Origin: Acidobacteriota bacterium
GTDB taxonomy: Bacteria > Acidobacteriota > JAAYUB01
Length of the DNA: 64,000 nt
Assembly: GCA_040768985.1 (NCBI GenBank)
Contig: JAXGLX010000002.1
Span: forward strand, 4,378,971-4,442,970
Direction: 5' to 3'
Under the pieces are notes generated by a model. That model did no database searches and had not been told where the DNA came from. It worked only from the letters and a program-made list of their open reading frames with translations. The translations under genes were made by a program, and so were the position numbers. This document shows, one piece after another, positions 35,326-45,915 of the stretch; the stretch's first letter is position 1; each line of letters opens with the position of its first letter.

Positions 35326-36432
35326 ATGAGAATTCCGTTCCTTGAGCTGCTGCCAGCATATCGTGAGTTGCAGTCGGAATTGGATGCGGCCTTCCATCGG
35401 GTCATGGCCTCGGGACAATACTTACTAGGGCCGGAGCTGGAGTCTTTTGAAGCGGAATTTGCCGCCTATTGCGGTACTCGGGAATGTGTGGGAGTGGGTA
35501 GTGGATTGGATGCCCTCCACCTTATTCTGCGTGCCTGCGACATCGGGCCGGGCGATGAGGTGGTCGTCCCTGCCCACACGTTCATTGCCACCTGGCTGGC
35601 GGTGACGTTCACCGGGGCACGGCCGGTACCGGTGGAGCCGGATCCGAGAACATTCAACCTTGACCCAGAGCGACTCGATGTGGCGATCACACCGAAGACC
35701 AAAGCCGTCATTCCAGTTCATTTGTATGGCCATCCGGCGGATATGGATGCCATCACAGCCACTGCCCGCCGTCACGGCATACTAGTAATTGAAGATGCCG
35801 CTCAAGCACACGGTGCCTCATACCGTGGCAGGCGATGCGGAGGACTCGGAGACGCTGCGGGCTTCAGTTTCTACCCCGCTAAAAACCTTGGGGCTTTCGC
35901 TGATGCAGGCGCCGTGACTACAAATTCTGGCAAGCTGGCAGACAAGATCCGAACGCTGCGGAATTATGGTTCGCGGAAAAAATATTACAATGAATGCATC
36001 GGGTACAACTCACGAATGGACGAGTTGCAGGCCGCCATGCTGCGGGTAAAACTTCGATATCTCAATGAATGGAATGAGCGGCATCGGACTATTGCCCGAG
36101 AATATAGCAAACTACTGGCAGAAACGCCCGACCTTCTACTCCCTCAGGTTGCCGAATGGGCTGAGCCGGTATGGCACCAGTTTGTGATCCGCCACCCCAA
36201 GCGAGATGAATTGAAAGATCAGCTTGCCGCACAAGGAATCGACACACTGATCCATTATCCTGTACCCCCGCACCTTTCGAAAGCTTATGCATTCATGGGA
36301 TTTGACAGCGGTGCGTTTCCTGTGACTGAGGATATCGTACGAACAGTTTTGAGCATGCCGATTGGCCCACATCTCACGACGGAACAATGTCACATTGTGA
36401 CCAATGCTGTCAGATCAAGAGGATTCATTTAA
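35326..36432 (+). CDS. DegT/DnrJ/EryC1/StrS-family sugar aminotransferase (FdtB/QdtB-like)
   Basis: [33 protein letters not shown], and [16 protein letters not shown] (PLP lysine region). An alternative ATG lies at 35308. Confidence 0.9.
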   Translation: MRIPFLELLPAYRELQSELDAAFHRVMASGQYLLGPELESFEAEFAAYCGTRECVGVGSGLDALHLILRACDIGPGDEVVVPAHTFIATWLAVTFTGARPVPVEPDPRTFNLDPERLDVAITPKTKAVIPVHLYGHPADMDAITATARRHGILVIEDAAQAHGASYRGRRCGGLGDAAGFSFYPAKNLGAFADAGAVTTNSGKLADKIRTLRNYGSRKKYYNECIGYNSRMDELQAAMLRVKLRYLNEWNERHRTIAREYSKLLAETPDLLLPQVAEWAEPVWHQFVIRHPKRDELKDQLAAQGIDTLIHYPVPPHLSKAYAFMGFDSGAFPVTEDIVRTVLSMPIGPHLTTEQCHIVTNAVRSRGFI

Positions 36433-36465
36433 GCATTTTTTAGCGTTGAGAAAACACACAGCTTA

Positions 36466-38091
36466 GTGGATAAATCACTTAATACTGCAAAAGTTTTCAA
36501 AGAGTCCGAAGGACAGCGGGCAGCGGAAGAGAATCAAACAGAAAATGCTGCCGCAGCGCCCGATGCCTCCGATGTGCTAGACGATTCTTGCTCTGCTTCA
36601 GGTTACCGCGAGGTCCTTAAGGCGACGTCGATCACCGGCGTTTCATCGCTTGTCCAAATACTCTTGCGTATGGTGAAATCCAAGGTGATCGCCGTTGCCG
36701 TGGGGCCGACGGGCATAGGGATGTTCGGAGTATTGACCTCCGCAACCGGACTCATCAGCACCTTAGTCGGTTTGGGAATTAACAGCAGCGGTGTCCGGCA
36801 GATAGCGTCCGCCGACGGGGATGAGGACCATACGGCCCGGGTAGTCCGCACATTGCGGCGCACTTCGTCGGTGCTGGGACTTTTGGGAACAATTGTTGTG
36901 CTGATCTTTGCAAAGCCGATCGCCCGACTCACGACCGGCTCTGAGGAATATGCCGGCTATTTGATGCTGTTGGCACCTTTGATTTTTTTCACAACGGTCA
37001 ACGGGGGGCAGATAGCGCTGCTACGAGGGCTTCGACTCATCTCGACCTTGGCGCGACTCAGCATCATCGGGGCGGTTGTGGGGACTGGACTGGCTGTGCC
37101 GTTCGTGCTCATCTTGGGACTGGACGGCATCGCACCGGCCATGCTGGTGACTGCTGCTGTTACATTGGGGGCATCTTGGTTTTACGCAAGGCAGGTCAAG
37201 ATACCCGATGTTACTCTGACCCCCGGCCAGTTTAGAGACGAGGTGAGCAGACTGCTTGGGTTGGGAGTGGTCTTTCTCTTGACGGGTGTCCAAACAAATG
37301 CGGTTCAGTTCACAATCAGAACAGTACTGCTATATCTAACCGACCTCGTGACCGTCGGCCAGTTCCTTGCAGCGACCATGCTGTCTCATGTGTACGTCGG
37401 GTTTGTCCTTCAGGCGATGGGTATGGACTACCTTCCCCGACTAACCCGCAACCATCACGACGCGAGATCTTGCAACCGGCTGGTCAACGAGCAGACTGAG
37501 GTTGCGTTGCTCGTGGCCGGCCCAGGTATTGTGGCCTTGGCAGTTTTTGCACCCTTGCTGATCCCGGTTTTTTACAGTGCTCAATTTTCAGCCGCCATCG
37601 AGGTGTTTCGATGGCAGTGTCTGGGAGTCTTGATTAAAGTAGCGAGTTGGCCGATTGGATTCGTGCTCATCGCTAAGGGAATGCGCCGGACGTACCTTGT
37701 CACTGAGACGGTATCGAATGTCTTGTATCTGGCTATTTTCTTCATCTTTGCTAAAACATTTGGTTTGATCGGGGCGGCGCTTGCATATGCGGCTCTTTAC
37801 CTATTCTATCTAGCCATGGTGTTGATTCTGGTTCACAAGGTCACTGGATTCTGGTGGTCAGCCTGCGCACAGACTGTACTTGTCACTACTGTTGCATCAT
37901 ATGTCAGTACGCTGGCGATAAATGCGTGGGTACCCAGTCCGTGGGGCGCGATTGTCGGTTTCTGCTTAGTTATTGCCACTTGCCTATGGGCTTACCATCA
38001 GCTATGCCGACGTCTTGACTTGCCGCTTGCACGATTCGTCGTCCGGAAACTCAAGCAGATCACCCAGCGTACACCATTCCGGAGAGGGTGA
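36466..38091 (+). CDS. wzx: Polysaccharide flippase (Wzx-like, MOP superfamily)
   Basis: 541 aa, polytopic. N-terminal LLRMVKSKVIAVAVGPTGIGMFG is typical of O-antigen translocases. Confidence 0.8.
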   Translation: MDKSLNTAKVFKESEGQRAAEENQTENAAAAPDASDVLDDSCSASGYREVLKATSITGVSSLVQILLRMVKSKVIAVAVGPTGIGMFGVLTSATGLISTLVGLGINSSGVRQIASADGDEDHTARVVRTLRRTSSVLGLLGTIVVLIFAKPIARLTTGSEEYAGYLMLLAPLIFFTTVNGGQIALLRGLRLISTLARLSIIGAVVGTGLAVPFVLILGLDGIAPAMLVTAAVTLGASWFYARQVKIPDVTLTPGQFRDEVSRLLGLGVVFLLTGVQTNAVQFTIRTVLLYLTDLVTVGQFLAATMLSHVYVGFVLQAMGMDYLPRLTRNHHDARSCNRLVNEQTEVALLVAGPGIVALAVFAPLLIPVFYSAQFSAAIEVFRWQCLGVLIKVASWPIGFVLIAKGMRRTYLVTETVSNVLYLAIFFIFAKTFGLIGAALAYAALYLFYLAMVLILVHKVTGFWWSACAQTVLVTTVASYVSTLAINAWVPSPWGAIVGFCLVIATCLWAYHQLCRRLDLPLARFVVRKLKQITQRTPFRRG

Positions 38092-38095
38092 ACCG

Positions 38096-39115
38096 GTGGG
38101 AGCTCAGAAAAATGATCGCCCGCTGGTCACGTTTGCACTTTTCGCATACAACCAGGAGCAGTACATTCGGGAAGCAGTCCAGGGCGCATTTTCACAGACG
38201 TACTCGCCTCTGGAAATCATCCTTTCCGATGACCACTCCGCTGATCGAACTTTCGATATCATATTGGAGATGGCCGCCGACTACGTCGGTCCCCACCAGG
38301 TCCGCGTGCGGCGCAACGAAGAGAACTTGGGAATAGCCGGCCACGTGAACATGGTCATGGCTCAAGCGGCGGGTGAGTTGGTGGTGATGGCTGCGGGTGA
38401 CGACGTGTCGATTCCTTCAAGGACGGAGCGTTTGTTGTCCCTCTGGCTGAAGGAAGAGAGAAAACCGGACGGACTCTTCTCGGGTTATACGGCTGTATCG
38501 GCGGGTAGGTGCAAAACCATCAAACCCACTGGGAATTACTCAATCGATTATTGCTTCCATCACACGGCACTCAATCTACTAGGTGCCACCGCTGCCTGGA
38601 CCAGGCGGCTCTGGGAAACATGGGGGCCTCTTCCTGCGGATGGCTTGTGCGAAGATCGGAACCTTTCTTTCAGGGCTCTACTGGGGGGCGGTCTCGCGTA
38701 CACCCCCGAAGCAATGGTGCGGTACCGCTCATCGGTCAAACCGGCGCTTTCTGGAGATGCCCAATGGCTCACTAGAACACTCTGGAGATGGAAGCGCGAG
38801 CTTCACTTCTACGATGACTATGCCAAAGATCTTCATGCGGCAGGGAAAATGGAGCAACAGGCCGTTGATACGGATAAATTGCTCAACCTGCTCTCTCAAC
38901 GTAAAGCGCTCCTAGCCTGCGACTGCCAACTTCTTGCCGGTGGCAGGAAAGATATACTGCGTTATTGTCTCAGATTGATTTTCAATAAGGCCTGGCTCGA
39001 TGCCAGTGTAAGAAGCCGAGTGTATATTGTATTGACTCTCGTCCGTTGGTGCGTGCTGCGCACAAAGGATGCCCCCACTCTCGACACTCGGAATCATCGT
39101 GCACTGCGTAGATAA
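38096..39115 (+). CDS. Family 2 glycosyltransferase
   Basis: GTG start after GGAGAGGG. LVTFALFAYNQEQYIREAVQGAFSQTYSPLEIILSDDHSAD (GT-A with a DxD region), then GDDVS. Confidence 0.85.
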   Translation: MGAQKNDRPLVTFALFAYNQEQYIREAVQGAFSQTYSPLEIILSDDHSADRTFDIILEMAADYVGPHQVRVRRNEENLGIAGHVNMVMAQAAGELVVMAAGDDVSIPSRTERLLSLWLKEERKPDGLFSGYTAVSAGRCKTIKPTGNYSIDYCFHHTALNLLGATAAWTRRLWETWGPLPADGLCEDRNLSFRALLGGGLAYTPEAMVRYRSSVKPALSGDAQWLTRTLWRWKRELHFYDDYAKDLHAAGKMEQQAVDTDKLLNLLSQRKALLACDCQLLAGGRKDILRYCLRLIFNKAWLDASVRSRVYIVLTLVRWCVLRTKDAPTLDTRNHRALRR

Positions 39116-39307
39116 GTTACTAGTGTGGGAGCTACCAATGTTGCCCTCCTCATTTGACCATCAAGAGGCAGGTCATTTTTTAGGATGGAGCAAAGTTGCG
39201 TGTTCACACGGAACTGACATTTTGCTATCAGATATACAACGCGTTACTCGGGCGAACAAGGGCCTCCGAATATTTGAGTGTACAAATTCGACATCAGCGG
39301 CATGTGA

Positions 39308-40729
39308 ATGAACCGAACGTTCGTATTTTGGTTCTATTGGGGGGCGGAGATCAGGGTTTTTGTCTTCAGTGGGCTTATCGATTACCTTTTAGATCATGGA
39401 GAAGTTGTTGTCTGCGCGAGGTTCCTCAATCAAGACCTGATGTCATCGGCCGATCCTAGAGTCAGATGGATCCAATCCACACTAACTAAGGGGTCCCCCT
39501 GGCAATCACGTTTGCACTCTTTTGCTAACCGTGTCCATTTATTGTGGTTACGCAATCGTTTCGAGGGTATGGCTGTTCTTGATCGAGCAGCAGCGGCGGG
39601 TGATACAGAACCACAGAATACGCTACGTGAGGTTGGCGCAAAAGCTTGTGCACGCCGGCCACTGGTTAATATTGTTAATAAACTTGCATCGAGAGCGCTC
39701 GACACAACCGTGGAAGATCTCAACTGGTTGTCAACTATGGACCTATCGAAAAGAACGATGCTCTTGGTATCCAGCGATTATCTGAGCGTTGCAGGTGTAC
39801 GTACCATATGGGCAGCTAAAAAGCGAAAGCAGACAACAGTTTTCTATCCTTCAAACTGGAGAGATGTTTACAAGGGAGCCCGCTTATCCCCTCCCTTCAA
39901 CGACTGGATCATGTGGAACGCAAAAATGGTGGATGCAGCACGAAGGAATAATCCATGGTTAGGCGACGCTAGATTCAAAGAAGCAGGTTCAACACAGTTC
40001 GATTCGCATTTTCGCTCTGATTGGCTTGTTCCGCGTGACAATTTCTGCAAGATACTGGGCACCGACCCCCAAAGACCATTAATATGCTACTCGGCCGTGA
40101 GTGATTCAGCGTTTAAGGGGGAAGCTGAAATTGTGGAGCAAATTATTGATGCTCTTCAAAAATCTGAAATTGGGCGCTCGGTTCAAGTTGTGGTTAGACT
40201 CAATCCTGCGGGTAGCGACCCCGGTTATCGTGACCTTTGTCTAAAATACCCACAGACATGTTTTATACAATCACCTGAATGGTGGATAGAACGTCCACCA
40301 GATGGCTCACCGATTTGGCGATCGAACACTCCTGCCGATGCTCGGATGATGGCTAATCTTATCGAACATTGCTGTGCCAATGTTGGGCTTCCATCAACTA
40401 TGATGTTGGACTTTGCGGTGAAAGGTCGGCCTTCGGTCTGCATCGGATTTGACCCGAGTGAATGCAAAGGGGGAAATACTCGTGTGAAAAATTTCCTTGA
40501 TCAGGAGTTCATCCGACCTGCGTTGGAACAGAATGTGTGGCCTGTAGCCAATTCGGCGACCGATGTGGCTGAACTACTTGTCAAGTGTATAAAAGGGACT
40601 ATTACGGAAAATAAAGCTGCCTACGATTTCGTGACAGCGACAGTGGGCTCATGTGATGGAAAAGTTCACCAGCGGTTGGCACAGGATATTATCTCAATCT
40701 GCGATCGAGTGCGCCAAACAAGGCGGTGA
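39308..40729 (+). CDS. Hypothetical protein (473 aa), possibly a GT-B-like glycosyl- or phospho-transferase
   Basis: Long ORF with island-like codon usage inside the glycosyltransferase block. I recognise no motif with confidence. Confidence 0.5.
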   Translation: MNRTFVFWFYWGAEIRVFVFSGLIDYLLDHGEVVVCARFLNQDLMSSADPRVRWIQSTLTKGSPWQSRLHSFANRVHLLWLRNRFEGMAVLDRAAAAGDTEPQNTLREVGAKACARRPLVNIVNKLASRALDTTVEDLNWLSTMDLSKRTMLLVSSDYLSVAGVRTIWAAKKRKQTTVFYPSNWRDVYKGARLSPPFNDWIMWNAKMVDAARRNNPWLGDARFKEAGSTQFDSHFRSDWLVPRDNFCKILGTDPQRPLICYSAVSDSAFKGEAEIVEQIIDALQKSEIGRSVQVVVRLNPAGSDPGYRDLCLKYPQTCFIQSPEWWIERPPDGSPIWRSNTPADARMMANLIEHCCANVGLPSTMMLDFAVKGRPSVCIGFDPSECKGGNTRVKNFLDQEFIRPALEQNVWPVANSATDVAELLVKCIKGTITENKAAYDFVTATVGSCDGKVHQRLAQDIISICDRVRQTRR

Positions 40730-40783
40730 GAAACTTTGAATGTGGTGCGATTGATAACCAACTTGAATTGGGAGGACGGATAA

Positions 40784-41962
40784 GTGCGCATACAGTTTGT
40801 CTCTCATGAGGCTGTGGGTATTGAAAAGGCGATGGACCACGGTGGCGTGGGCATCTCACAGCGTGTCGTTGCCGAGGGTCTGGCAAGGAGAGGACATCAT
40901 GTGGAACTCCTGCTGCCGTCCGACAAGGAGTGGAACAATGAATATGCTGGTGTCAAACTCCGTGGATGGAAATCTGACAGGCGACGATTTGTGGGGATAT
41001 TCCGGAACATGAAACGCCAGAAGCAGTTGGCGGCCGATTTTGCCAAGGGCGACAGTGACGCATTCACTATTATTCCTGATGTCGGTTGTGTAAGTTGGCC
41101 ATATCCCCTAGCTTCGATAAAGGTCATTAAGTTCACATGCACACATCTATTACAGAAGCACGAAGCTCAACATGATCGACCCAATTATCTAAGAGCAATC
41201 GCGGAAAAACTCATGGTACCCCGCGCCAACGCCTTTTTCTCTATCAGCGCGCGAACTGCAGATGTCTCTGCCCATCTTTTTAAAATTGCGAGAGATCAGA
41301 TTGTAGTGATTCCGAATGCCGTTGACACAGAAATGTTCCGGCCGCCGGAGAATGAATCCCGCGATCCCAATCTGCTCCTTTATACGGGGACAGTGTGTGA
41401 GAAGAAGGGGGCTTGGGAGACAGTAGCGGCGCTCCGGATTCTTGAAGAGCGCTATCCTAATCTCAAACTTCTGATGATCGGACGGAATGGAGTGGATTAC
41501 AACAATAGAGGCGACTTCATCGGACGAATAAAGACGGCTTTTCCTGATACATGTCACTCCCGTGTCGAGTTCAGAGGTCATGTTAAGAACGATGAACTTC
41601 CATCTATCTATCAGAAGGCTGCGGTAGTTGTGCTGCCATCGTATTACGAGTCTTTCGGGCGCACGACTATTGAAGCGATGGCGTGTGGGGCAGCGGTGGT
41701 CCGAAGTGATTCACCACCAGCATCAGAGATTATATCAGATGGTATCGATGGTCTTCTCTGCCGGACAAAAGATGCTGAAGATCTTGCTAAGAAGATCGAT
41801 ACCCTCCTTTGTTCGCCAGAACTCAGACAGAGTTTAGGTGCCAAAGCACGAAAGACAGCAGTGACCCGCTTCTCTGTGGGTGTTGTCGTGGAAATGACCG
41901 AAGCATTTCTGAAAAACCTGCTTGACGAAGAGAGAAGGTGTAACGACTTTCACTTAAGTTGA
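40784..41962 (+). CDS. Family 4 (GT-B) glycosyltransferase
   Basis: VVLPSYYESFGRTTIEAMACGAAVVRSDSPPASEIISDGIDGLL (EX7E motif). GTG start after GGAGGA. Confidence 0.85.
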   Translation: MRIQFVSHEAVGIEKAMDHGGVGISQRVVAEGLARRGHHVELLLPSDKEWNNEYAGVKLRGWKSDRRRFVGIFRNMKRQKQLAADFAKGDSDAFTIIPDVGCVSWPYPLASIKVIKFTCTHLLQKHEAQHDRPNYLRAIAEKLMVPRANAFFSISARTADVSAHLFKIARDQIVVIPNAVDTEMFRPPENESRDPNLLLYTGTVCEKKGAWETVAALRILEERYPNLKLLMIGRNGVDYNNRGDFIGRIKTAFPDTCHSRVEFRGHVKNDELPSIYQKAAVVVLPSYYESFGRTTIEAMACGAAVVRSDSPPASEIISDGIDGLLCRTKDAEDLAKKIDTLLCSPELRQSLGAKARKTAVTRFSVGVVVEMTEAFLKNLLDEERRCNDFHLS

Positions 41963-41974
41963 TTAGAGGATAAG

Positions 41975-42976
41975 TTGCCCAACCAAAATACTATAGTTTC
42001 GGGATCTCGGGATTTCGAGGCAAATCTAGTACTTGCTGTTAATAAAGTTGTTCACGATTTAGAGGGTTTTTCATACCACATCAAACACGAAGCAATGTTC
42101 GCTTTGGAAAGTCCGCGATGGCAGGCTGTCACAAAGCGTTTCATTGTTGATTGTCTCCAGCAAGTAGTAGTATTGGACATTGGCTCAGGAACCGGATTTG
42201 TGCCTCAGATCATTGCACCACAACTGAAAATCGGTGATCTGTGCATCTGTTCAGATGTCTCCGCCACAATGCTCCAAGTATGTAGAGATAGGTTATCTGA
42301 AACGGAAGTAAATTGCGGACTAAAATTCCTTCTTCTCGACGGGGAACGGATCAGCCAAAATTCAGAATATTTCACCCATGTTACAATGAACTCGGTTCTT
42401 CATCACCTAGCAAATATCGATTCCTTACTCATCGAAGTAGACCGGGTACTTTGTCCTGGCGGCAGGGTTTTCATTGGACATGAACCCAATGCTGCTTTCT
42501 ACAGAAGCCGTTTTCTTCGTTGGGTAACACGTATTGTCCGTGTATTTTTAGATCCTCTCCACGCCCCGAAGAATATCTGCTCCTTTTATAAATTTCGGAC
42601 AAATAACTCGATGAAAACAAACCGAATTGAGGCAGAGAGTGCATTCGAGAGCGCATTTGTGGAAGAAGTCAACCAAAGTCTCCTGAGAGAGGGTATCATT
42701 CAGAAACCACTATCGAAAAAAGAGATTGGCAACATAGTTGACTTGCGTTCGGCAGGAGGTTCAGGCGTCACTCAGGGAATAGATATCGAGAAAGAAATAA
42801 TGAGTAAACTGAACGAATACCAGGTCGAGTTCTTTCAGACTTACAATCATCTTGGCAAAGTAAGCAACAAAAATTTTGTAACAAGAGCAATTGATCACAC
42901 ACTTAGATTGCTATTTCCACACACAGGCGGAACCTTCTTCGTGGTTCTGCGAAAATCAATGGCAAAGCGGGGATGA
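41975..42976 (+). CDS. Class I SAM-dependent methyltransferase
   Basis: VLDIGSGTGF motif I and LCPGGRVFIGHEPN. TTG start after AGAGGA. Confidence 0.8.
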   Translation: MPNQNTIVSGSRDFEANLVLAVNKVVHDLEGFSYHIKHEAMFALESPRWQAVTKRFIVDCLQQVVVLDIGSGTGFVPQIIAPQLKIGDLCICSDVSATMLQVCRDRLSETEVNCGLKFLLLDGERISQNSEYFTHVTMNSVLHHLANIDSLLIEVDRVLCPGGRVFIGHEPNAAFYRSRFLRWVTRIVRVFLDPLHAPKNICSFYKFRTNNSMKTNRIEAESAFESAFVEEVNQSLLREGIIQKPLSKKEIGNIVDLRSAGGSGVTQGIDIEKEIMSKLNEYQVEFFQTYNHLGKVSNKNFVTRAIDHTLRLLFPHTGGTFFVVLRKSMAKRG

Positions 42977-43218
42977 ATTTAATTTGAGATTCGCTACGTG
43001 TTAACGACAATATCGAGATCAGCTTTTCGATCGGAATGAAAAGATATGAAGAGAGATTCGAGTTTGAACAAATTGAGATTTTTCAATGCGCCAAATGATG
43101 TCTCTTCTTTGAAGTAGCGAGACAAGATGAACAAGATGGAGTGATTTGAATAATCGACTTCATTCTGTAATTAATGTGAACCTGATCGGATAATTTTCGC
43201 TGAGATAATCGTCTCCTT

Positions 43219-44403
43219 TTGAATAGTAGCAAAGCATCTAACGAGGACAAGACACAAGTAGCCGATCGGCCGCGTGTGTTATTCATTGTAGGCACAATGT
43301 CTCTTGGGGGTGCCGAAAATCTGGTTTTCGAGTGGTGTCGCGCTTTATACAACGAGAAGGTTTCCTGCGCGATTGTCTGTCTGATTCGACGGGAAGGTCA
43401 CTACCTCTCGTTAGTTGAGGAAATGGGTATTCCGGTATTTGAGATTTCACAGGCAAAATCATCCAAGATAAGTTTCACCTGGAAGCTTGGTGCCCTGATT
43501 GCATCTTATGGTGCATCGATCGTCCATAGCCAGTGTAGCTGGTCATTAACCCAACAAGCTTTAGCGTCTAAACTTGGTCGAGCCAAGGCGTTTCTGCTTA
43601 CAATGCACAGTGCTTTTGCACCGGGAAGCAGAACAGTTCGTTTGAAAAGAAAAATTGCAAATTTAATAGCGGCTCCCTTCATCAACAAGATCATCGGTGT
43701 ATCCGATAATGTGAGTATACATGCCGCAGAGTGGACCGGAAAAGACTCTCGAAACATTGTGACTATCCGAAATGGGATAGATCTTACAGCTTTTGACACA
43801 TGTCGCAGCCAACGACATTCGATGAGAGCGGAATTTGGGGTTGCCGATGACGTCCCCCTGTTGATCAATGTGGCAAATCTGACGGCACATAAAGACCATG
43901 CAACGCTTTTTACGGCTTTCAAAATCTTGTTGCAACGGTGGCCTTTGGCGCACCTACTTATTGTAGGAGATGGTCAGCTCCGCGAAACTTTAGCGCAATT
44001 GGCCTTGGACCTCAGAATTTCTAAGTCTTTAACATTTGTTGGTCGCAGAACAGATGTGCCTGCCATCCTGGGTGCGGGTGATGTCTTTGTTCTTTCTTCG
44101 ATCCGGGAAGGCTTTGGCCTTGCGCTGGTAGAAGCTGGTGCAGCCTCAATTCCGGTGGTTGCAACTCGCGTCGGTGGTATTCCAGAAGTGGTGCGTCATG
44201 GAGAAACAGGACTTCTTGTCCCGCCTGGAGATCCGCCCAAACTTGCAGAATCAATCGAGATTATTCTTAGTAAAGAGGACTTTGGTCGGGAAATGGGTTC
44301 CGCCGGGCGTAGGTTTGTTACCGACCGCTTTGGAATCGATCGTTGTTTTTCAGAGTATCTCGACCTCTACAAAGGGGTGCTTGGTGCAGAATGGGAAGCA
44401 TAG
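43219..44403 (+). CDS. Family 4 (GT-B) glycosyltransferase
   Basis: MSLGGAENLV N-terminal region and VFVLSSIREGFGLALVEAGAASIPVVATRVGGIPEVV (EX7E). The start codon is uncertain: TTG 43219 or an internal GTG near 43273. Confidence 0.85.
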   Translation: MNSSKASNEDKTQVADRPRVLFIVGTMSLGGAENLVFEWCRALYNEKVSCAIVCLIRREGHYLSLVEEMGIPVFEISQAKSSKISFTWKLGALIASYGASIVHSQCSWSLTQQALASKLGRAKAFLLTMHSAFAPGSRTVRLKRKIANLIAAPFINKIIGVSDNVSIHAAEWTGKDSRNIVTIRNGIDLTAFDTCRSQRHSMRAEFGVADDVPLLINVANLTAHKDHATLFTAFKILLQRWPLAHLLIVGDGQLRETLAQLALDLRISKSLTFVGRRTDVPAILGAGDVFVLSSIREGFGLALVEAGAASIPVVATRVGGIPEVVRHGETGLLVPPGDPPKLAESIEIILSKEDFGREMGSAGRRFVTDRFGIDRCFSEYLDLYKGVLGAEWEA

Positions 44404-44500
44404 GATTATAAAAGAAAAGTACTTTTCTGAAGGTGACACCCGGATTCACAGAGACCATTTTTTCGAGCCACTACAACAAGTCAAGATGTGATTTTGCATA

Positions 44501-45865
44501 ATGACTAATTACTATCCAACGTTGACCCAATCATATAAATCGGTAGGAGGCTACACTCAGAATGTGGGTGTTGCGGTACCAACAGCATCTGTGTCTAAAT
44601 GGGAATTGGTTCTCCTCGGGGCTTGGATTGCATCATTTACGGTGGGGCTTGATGCTTTTTTTGATTTAAAACTGTTTGACATCATAGGTGCCATTACAAT
44701 TTGGCGCTACAGATCAATTGTTTTATGCGGATTCAAGGAAAAGTCAAAAACAGGTGTTACGCTCCGCTGGGTATCGATCATGTTCTCAATTGGAGTCTTA
44801 ATAGCAATACTCAGGGTTGGCGAACCTATATTTGTTGCAATCGTCTTGTTACGGTTAGCAAGACTATTTAGTTATTTTTCAGCTTTACTGATCTTTCGTG
44901 CACTTCCTTTTAATGCAAGACAATTGCGGATTGTCATTTGGATATTTTGCGGCTCATGTTTGGCCCAAGCAATTCTAATTCTCCTGCAGGAACAAGGACT
45001 GGTGCCGCTTTTCTGGTCAATTGCAGAAATGGCAATCTATGGCCGGATCTATTCAACTGGGACATTGGGCCTCAACCACCTTAACCAAGTCTTGTTCATG
45101 GTCGTCGGCCTCTGTGCGACGCTTTCATTGGTTTTCACTGGACGAGCTAGAAGATCTCTTCGTCTTGTCATCGTCGGCGTTGGATGCCCCATGATGTTAT
45201 TTGCTATGCTAGTTGGCGAAGCGAGAAGCGGTCTAGTAGCACTTGCCGTCATGAGTTCGATTATAGCGATTCGAATGAAAAAACTCATATTGATTGTGTT
45301 AATCATACCGCTATCTATTGTAATCGATGCGTCACTGGGCTTAGACATACAAGCGCGTATCTCCAATATGTGGGAACAAAAATTCACGCAGAGAATGGTA
45401 CCCGGTCTCCCAGGAGCCGAAACAATCGAGGCATTAGACGCTCCGCGCCCTCTGATTTGGAGAAAGTCTGTGAATAGGCTTGTGGAAGATCCCATAATTT
45501 TGCTTGTTGGTGCGGGTTTTCAAAATTATAAGGGACTTGGGGCTGGAGGTGTAGCTGCAGGCCACAATCTCTACCTTCATGTGTTAGTTGAGCTTGGAAT
45601 AATGGGCTTAGCATCATTCTTGGCCTTTCTAATGGTATTGTACCGATCACTTAAAAGTGGAAAACATGACTCAGCCGATTCATCTAGGATCAAAATGTTT
45701 GGGCTTACTCTGTTCATCACATTGCTCGTTCTTGGTCTGTTTAATGAAAGTTTGTACCCTCAACGCGCCATCATGGGGTTTATGGGATTTGCTTTAGCGT
45801 ACATTGCAGTTGCGGGACACCGAGGGTGGACTATCCAGCCTTATCAGAGGGTTGGGGTTCATTAG
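44501..45865 (+). CDS. O-antigen polymerase/ligase-family membrane protein (Wzy-like)
   Basis: 454 aa, polytopic. GAGFQNYKGLGAGGVAAGHNLYLHVLVELGIMGL resembles the Wzy_C/O-antigen ligase signature. Confidence 0.7.
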   Translation: MTNYYPTLTQSYKSVGGYTQNVGVAVPTASVSKWELVLLGAWIASFTVGLDAFFDLKLFDIIGAITIWRYRSIVLCGFKEKSKTGVTLRWVSIMFSIGVLIAILRVGEPIFVAIVLLRLARLFSYFSALLIFRALPFNARQLRIVIWIFCGSCLAQAILILLQEQGLVPLFWSIAEMAIYGRIYSTGTLGLNHLNQVLFMVVGLCATLSLVFTGRARRSLRLVIVGVGCPMMLFAMLVGEARSGLVALAVMSSIIAIRMKKLILIVLIIPLSIVIDASLGLDIQARISNMWEQKFTQRMVPGLPGAETIEALDAPRPLIWRKSVNRLVEDPIILLVGAGFQNYKGLGAGGVAAGHNLYLHVLVELGIMGLASFLAFLMVLYRSLKSGKHDSADSSRIKMFGLTLFITLLVLGLFNESLYPQRAIMGFMGFALAYIAVAGHRGWTIQPYQRVGVH

Positions 45866-45915
45866 CTGCCTATCACAGTTGACTGCTGGTTTATTCATCC
45901 AATAATCAGAACAGC

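Noticed and set aside
39069-39311. An 80-aa ORF in the gap between the GT2 gene and the 473-aa unknown gene.
   Set aside because: It overlaps the GT2 3' end in another frame. It has no RBS and no recognisable features.
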